Assembly: GCA_032128875.1 (NCBI GenBank)
Contig: JAVLKG010000005.1
Coordinates: forward strand, 374,778-438,777
Direction of reading: 5' to 3'
Length of the DNA: 64,000 bases
Origin: Candidatus Melainabacteria bacterium 17Bon1m
GTDB lineage: Bacteria > Cyanobacteriota > Vampirovibrionia > Obscuribacterales > Obscuribacteraceae
Below are positions 61,668-64,000 of this stretch, piece after piece. Made by a program: the position numbers and the translations under genes. The notes below the pieces were generated by a model that had not been told where the DNA came from, did not search any database, and saw only the letters and a program-made list of their open reading frames with translations. Numbering within the stretch: position 1 is the first letter of the stretch; the number at the start of each line of letters is the position of its first letter.

Positions 61668-61721
61668 ATTGGTTTTTCAAAGGCAAATTCAAGTCTAAAT
61701 TCAGGAGCGGAAATTTCGGAA

Positions 61722-62513
61722 ATGACGGTATCTTCAGTGGCTGTGTCTAAAGAGCAGAATGTGACAAATTCTGAGAAAACCAGCCGGCATCAGTGGGAAA
61801 AGATCAAGAAGCCACCTACGTTTTGCGTGGTATTACCGGTCTGCAATGCGCAGGAAAAGATTGCAAAACGTGTTAGTGCAATAGTCAAAGTTCTGGATAA
61901 CATCAGAGCACGAACCACGATAATTGTTGTCAACGACGGAAGCCGCGACCAAACTTCTCTCGTTCTTCAGCAGCTCACGCAGGTATATCCGCAACTTGTA
62001 ACCATCAACCGTCCGGAGCGGAAAGGCTACGGAAGTGCTACAAGAGCGGGCTTCCGGGCGGCGATCGATCACGGCTTTGATTACGCGCTCGTCTTGGACG
62101 GCGAAGCTCCGGCAAATGCTGAGTCAATTGAAGACTTTCTGCGTCCGATGCTGCTCTCGTACGATTTCATCAAGGCTTCGAGATATTCGCCATATAGCAA
62201 AGTGCGCGGAGTTTCGATGGTAAGGCGGTTCACATCGGTCATATTCAATAGGGTAGCCAGAAGAATTGTAGACTTGCCGATTACGGATTATTCCAACGGC
62301 GTCAGAGCAATTAAATGCACCTTGCTTGCGCGTATGATGACCGAGGAATGCGGACCGGCGTTATTGATCGAGGAAATCGTGCAGGGCAAAAGGCTGGGCG
62401 CGAAGTTTTTTGAGGTTCCTCACACACTTACACCGATGGGCAGCGAGTCGCTGTACTCCGCTTCTCCATCCACGTCAGACTATGGCAAATACTTGAAGCA
62501 TTTGCTCGGATAG
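61722..62513 (+). CDS. Glycosyltransferase family 2, DPM1/GtrB-like (possible polyprenyl-phosphate glycosyltransferase) without C-terminal TM helices
   Basis: FCVVLPVCNAQEKIAKRV, IIVVNDGSRDQT, KGYGSATRAGF, LDGEAPANAE, SRYSP. Confidence 0.8.
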   Translation: MTVSSVAVSKEQNVTNSEKTSRHQWEKIKKPPTFCVVLPVCNAQEKIAKRVSAIVKVLDNIRARTTIIVVNDGSRDQTSLVLQQLTQVYPQLVTINRPERKGYGSATRAGFRAAIDHGFDYALVLDGEAPANAESIEDFLRPMLLSYDFIKASRYSPYSKVRGVSMVRRFTSVIFNRVARRIVDLPITDYSNGVRAIKCTLLARMMTEECGPALLIEEIVQGKRLGAKFFEVPHTLTPMGSESLYSASPSTSDYGKYLKHLLG

Positions 62514-62531
62514 TTCAACAAAAGGGAGAGT

Positions 62532-63848
62532 ATGCACGTGAGCGTCGCATCTGCTAAAACCGCCAGAGATATCGATAAAGCAAGGAGCGTAGAAGTGAAG
62601 TGCGCATTTTGCTCCGGCAAAAAGATGCACAGCATTATCGATTTTGGTGATGTCGCCTTGGCCGGCGGCTTTCTCAAGAAAGACGACATTGCTAAGGAGC
62701 CAAAGTTTCCACTGCGTACTTTTTTCTGTACTGAATGCTATGCCGTCCAGGTCGTAGATATTGTCGAGCCTGAGGTTCTTTTCAAAAACTACTTTTATTT
62801 CTCATCGGCTATACGCTCTCTTAAAGAGCATTTTGTCGATTATGCGATGGAAGTTTCCTCCCGTTTTCTCAATCCGGAAGAGGCGACGGTTGTTGAATTC
62901 GGCTGCAACGACGGTATTTTGCTCAAGCCATTTGCCGACCAAAAAGTTCGCACTCTAATCGGTGTAGATCCCGCAACCAATGTCATCAACACTATTCAAG
63001 ATCCCAGAATCAAAACGATAAATGATTTCTTCGGTCCTCAGGTTGGCGCCGAAATCGAGCAGAAATATGGCAAAGCCGATTTGATTGTCGCCAATAATGT
63101 CTATGCGCATATTCCCGATATCAATGGCGTCACCACCGCCGTAAGAGATCTCCTTAAGGATGACGGTGTATTCGTCTTCGAAGTCCATTATCTCGGTAAG
63201 GTCATCGAGGGACTGCAGTACGACATGATTTATCACGAGCATCTCTACTATTACTCGTTGATAGCTCTGCAAAACCACTTTGCGCGTTATGACATGACTG
63301 TCTTCGACGTGAAGCCGATTCCTATTCACGGCGGCTCGATGCGCTATTACGTGACGAAAAACGGCAGCAAGTATGCCAAGAATATCTCGGCGCGTGTTGA
63401 GCTACTTGCAAAAGACGAGCGGCAGAAAGGCTACGACAAGCTGGAAACATACGCTACTTTCAGCAAAGATGTCGCCGAAAGAAGAGACCAGCTCATGAGT
63501 TTGCTCTCCAGGCTAAAGAAAAATGGGCGCACAATCGCCGGATACGGTGCGTCAGGGCGCGCCAACACCATAATTCAATACTCTGGAATAACGCATGAGC
63601 ACATCGATTATATGATCGACGATGCCCCAGCTAAAGAAGGATTTTGCACGCCGGGATCGCATTTTGAGATTTTTTCCAATCGACGATTGAAAGAAAATCG
63701 TCCTGACTATTTGTTGATTTTTGCTTGGGGATATTTCAATGAGATAGCCGAAAAATGCAGGGATTACCTTGCCTCCGGCGGTCGAATGATTGCTCCTCTT
63801 CCCGATGTGAAAGTGGTCTTCGCTCCAACGCAAGATGCCGATCTGTAG
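62532..63848 (+). CDS. SAM-dependent NDP-hexose C-methyltransferase-family protein (TylCIII/EvaC-like) with an N-terminal zinc-ribbon
   Basis: CAFCSGK...FFCTECYAVQV are two CxxC pairs. SAM motif VVEFGCNDGILL, then DLIVANNVYAHIPD and YDMIYHEHLYYYSL. The C-terminal domain has IAGYGASGRANT. Confidence 0.85.
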   Translation: MHVSVASAKTARDIDKARSVEVKCAFCSGKKMHSIIDFGDVALAGGFLKKDDIAKEPKFPLRTFFCTECYAVQVVDIVEPEVLFKNYFYFSSAIRSLKEHFVDYAMEVSSRFLNPEEATVVEFGCNDGILLKPFADQKVRTLIGVDPATNVINTIQDPRIKTINDFFGPQVGAEIEQKYGKADLIVANNVYAHIPDINGVTTAVRDLLKDDGVFVFEVHYLGKVIEGLQYDMIYHEHLYYYSLIALQNHFARYDMTVFDVKPIPIHGGSMRYYVTKNGSKYAKNISARVELLAKDERQKGYDKLETYATFSKDVAERRDQLMSLLSRLKKNGRTIAGYGASGRANTIIQYSGITHEHIDYMIDDAPAKEGFCTPGSHFEIFSNRRLKENRPDYLLIFAWGYFNEIAEKCRDYLASGGRMIAPLPDVKVVFAPTQDADL

Positions 63849-63892
63849 GATTGATACAAAAGTGTCTGGTACGTTTAGCAAGGTAATCTGAT

Positions 63893-64000
63893 TTGAAAGT
63901 AGTGACGATTTTTGGCACAAGACCGGAGATGATCAAGCTCTGGTCAACCATGCGATTGCTCGATGAATTGAACTTTGAGCATATTATGGTTCATACCGGG
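63893..64000 (+). CDS. wecB: UDP-N-acetylglucosamine 2-epimerase (non-hydrolysing), 3'-truncated by the window edge
   Basis: A TTG start gives (M)KVVTIFGTRPEMIKLWSTMRLLDELNFEHIMVHTG, matching the canonical MK(V/I)xxVxGTRPExIK...HTGQH N-terminus. An in-frame stop at 63884-63886 bounds the 5' end. Confidence 0.8.
   Translation, partial: MKVVTIFGTRPEMIKLWSTMRLLDELNFEHIMVHTG

Noticed and set aside
1-64000. CRISPR arrays, tRNA or rRNA genes, IS elements, integrases and prophage genes.
   Set aside because: I scanned every intergenic region longer than 60 nt and all ORF translations. I found no spaced direct repeats, cloverleaf-like sequences, or transposase, integrase or recombinase motifs. A tRNAscan or Infernal run would be the definitive check.

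Overview
This is a 64-kb bacterial chromosomal window. I found no rRNA, tRNA, CRISPR array, transposase or integrase by eye. About 55 protein-coding genes are supportable. I ran no database search, alignment program or structure prediction; every call rests on motifs read from the ORF translations and on hand alignments.

Left half (1-34 kb), metal and envelope homeostasis plus signalling:
- Two tandem CusA/CzcA-type RND pumps, the first cut by the window edge.
- A TPR protein.
- An opine-dehydrogenase-like gene followed by an EamA exporter.
- Two translationally coupled PAS histidine kinases.
- A long-chain flavodoxin followed by three small unknown ORFs.
- A TolC-like channel with a Pro-rich N-terminal extension.
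- An ECF-like sigma factor with a partner gene.
- A membrane-anchored SGNH hydrolase.
- A protein made only of MshEN/T2SSE_N repeats.
- A SulP anion transporter.
- A third RND operon in the order RND pump, adaptor, P-II-like protein, OmpR-type regulator, sensor kinase.
- An ACT-domain malic enzyme.
- A tail-anchored Ser/Thr kinase.

Right half (34-64 kb), a large surface-glycan locus:
- rmlACBD and a small phosphoglycosyl transferase.
- Several GT2 and GT4 glycosyltransferases.
- An AT3-SGNH O-acyltransferase.
- A Wzy/WaaL-like protein and Wzm/Wzt.
- A sugar C-methyltransferase.
- The start of wecB.

Most interesting candidate: a compact three-gene operon at 49144-54431, set inside the glycan locus.
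- Gene 1 is a PATAN/DUF4388 protein. Its GGDEF-like domain has lost the catalytic motif (EMLEY) but keeps an RxxD I-site.
- Gene 2 is a four-repeat MshEN-only protein.
- Gene 3 is a GT-C-like polytopic membrane protein.
I read this as a possible dual cyclic-di-GMP receptor module gating glycan assembly. That reading is a hypothesis.

Lineage is uncertain. The frequent TTG/GTG starts and the PATAN and MshEN proteins are compatible with a Cyanobacteria-related or Melainabacteria-like diderm, but this is speculation.
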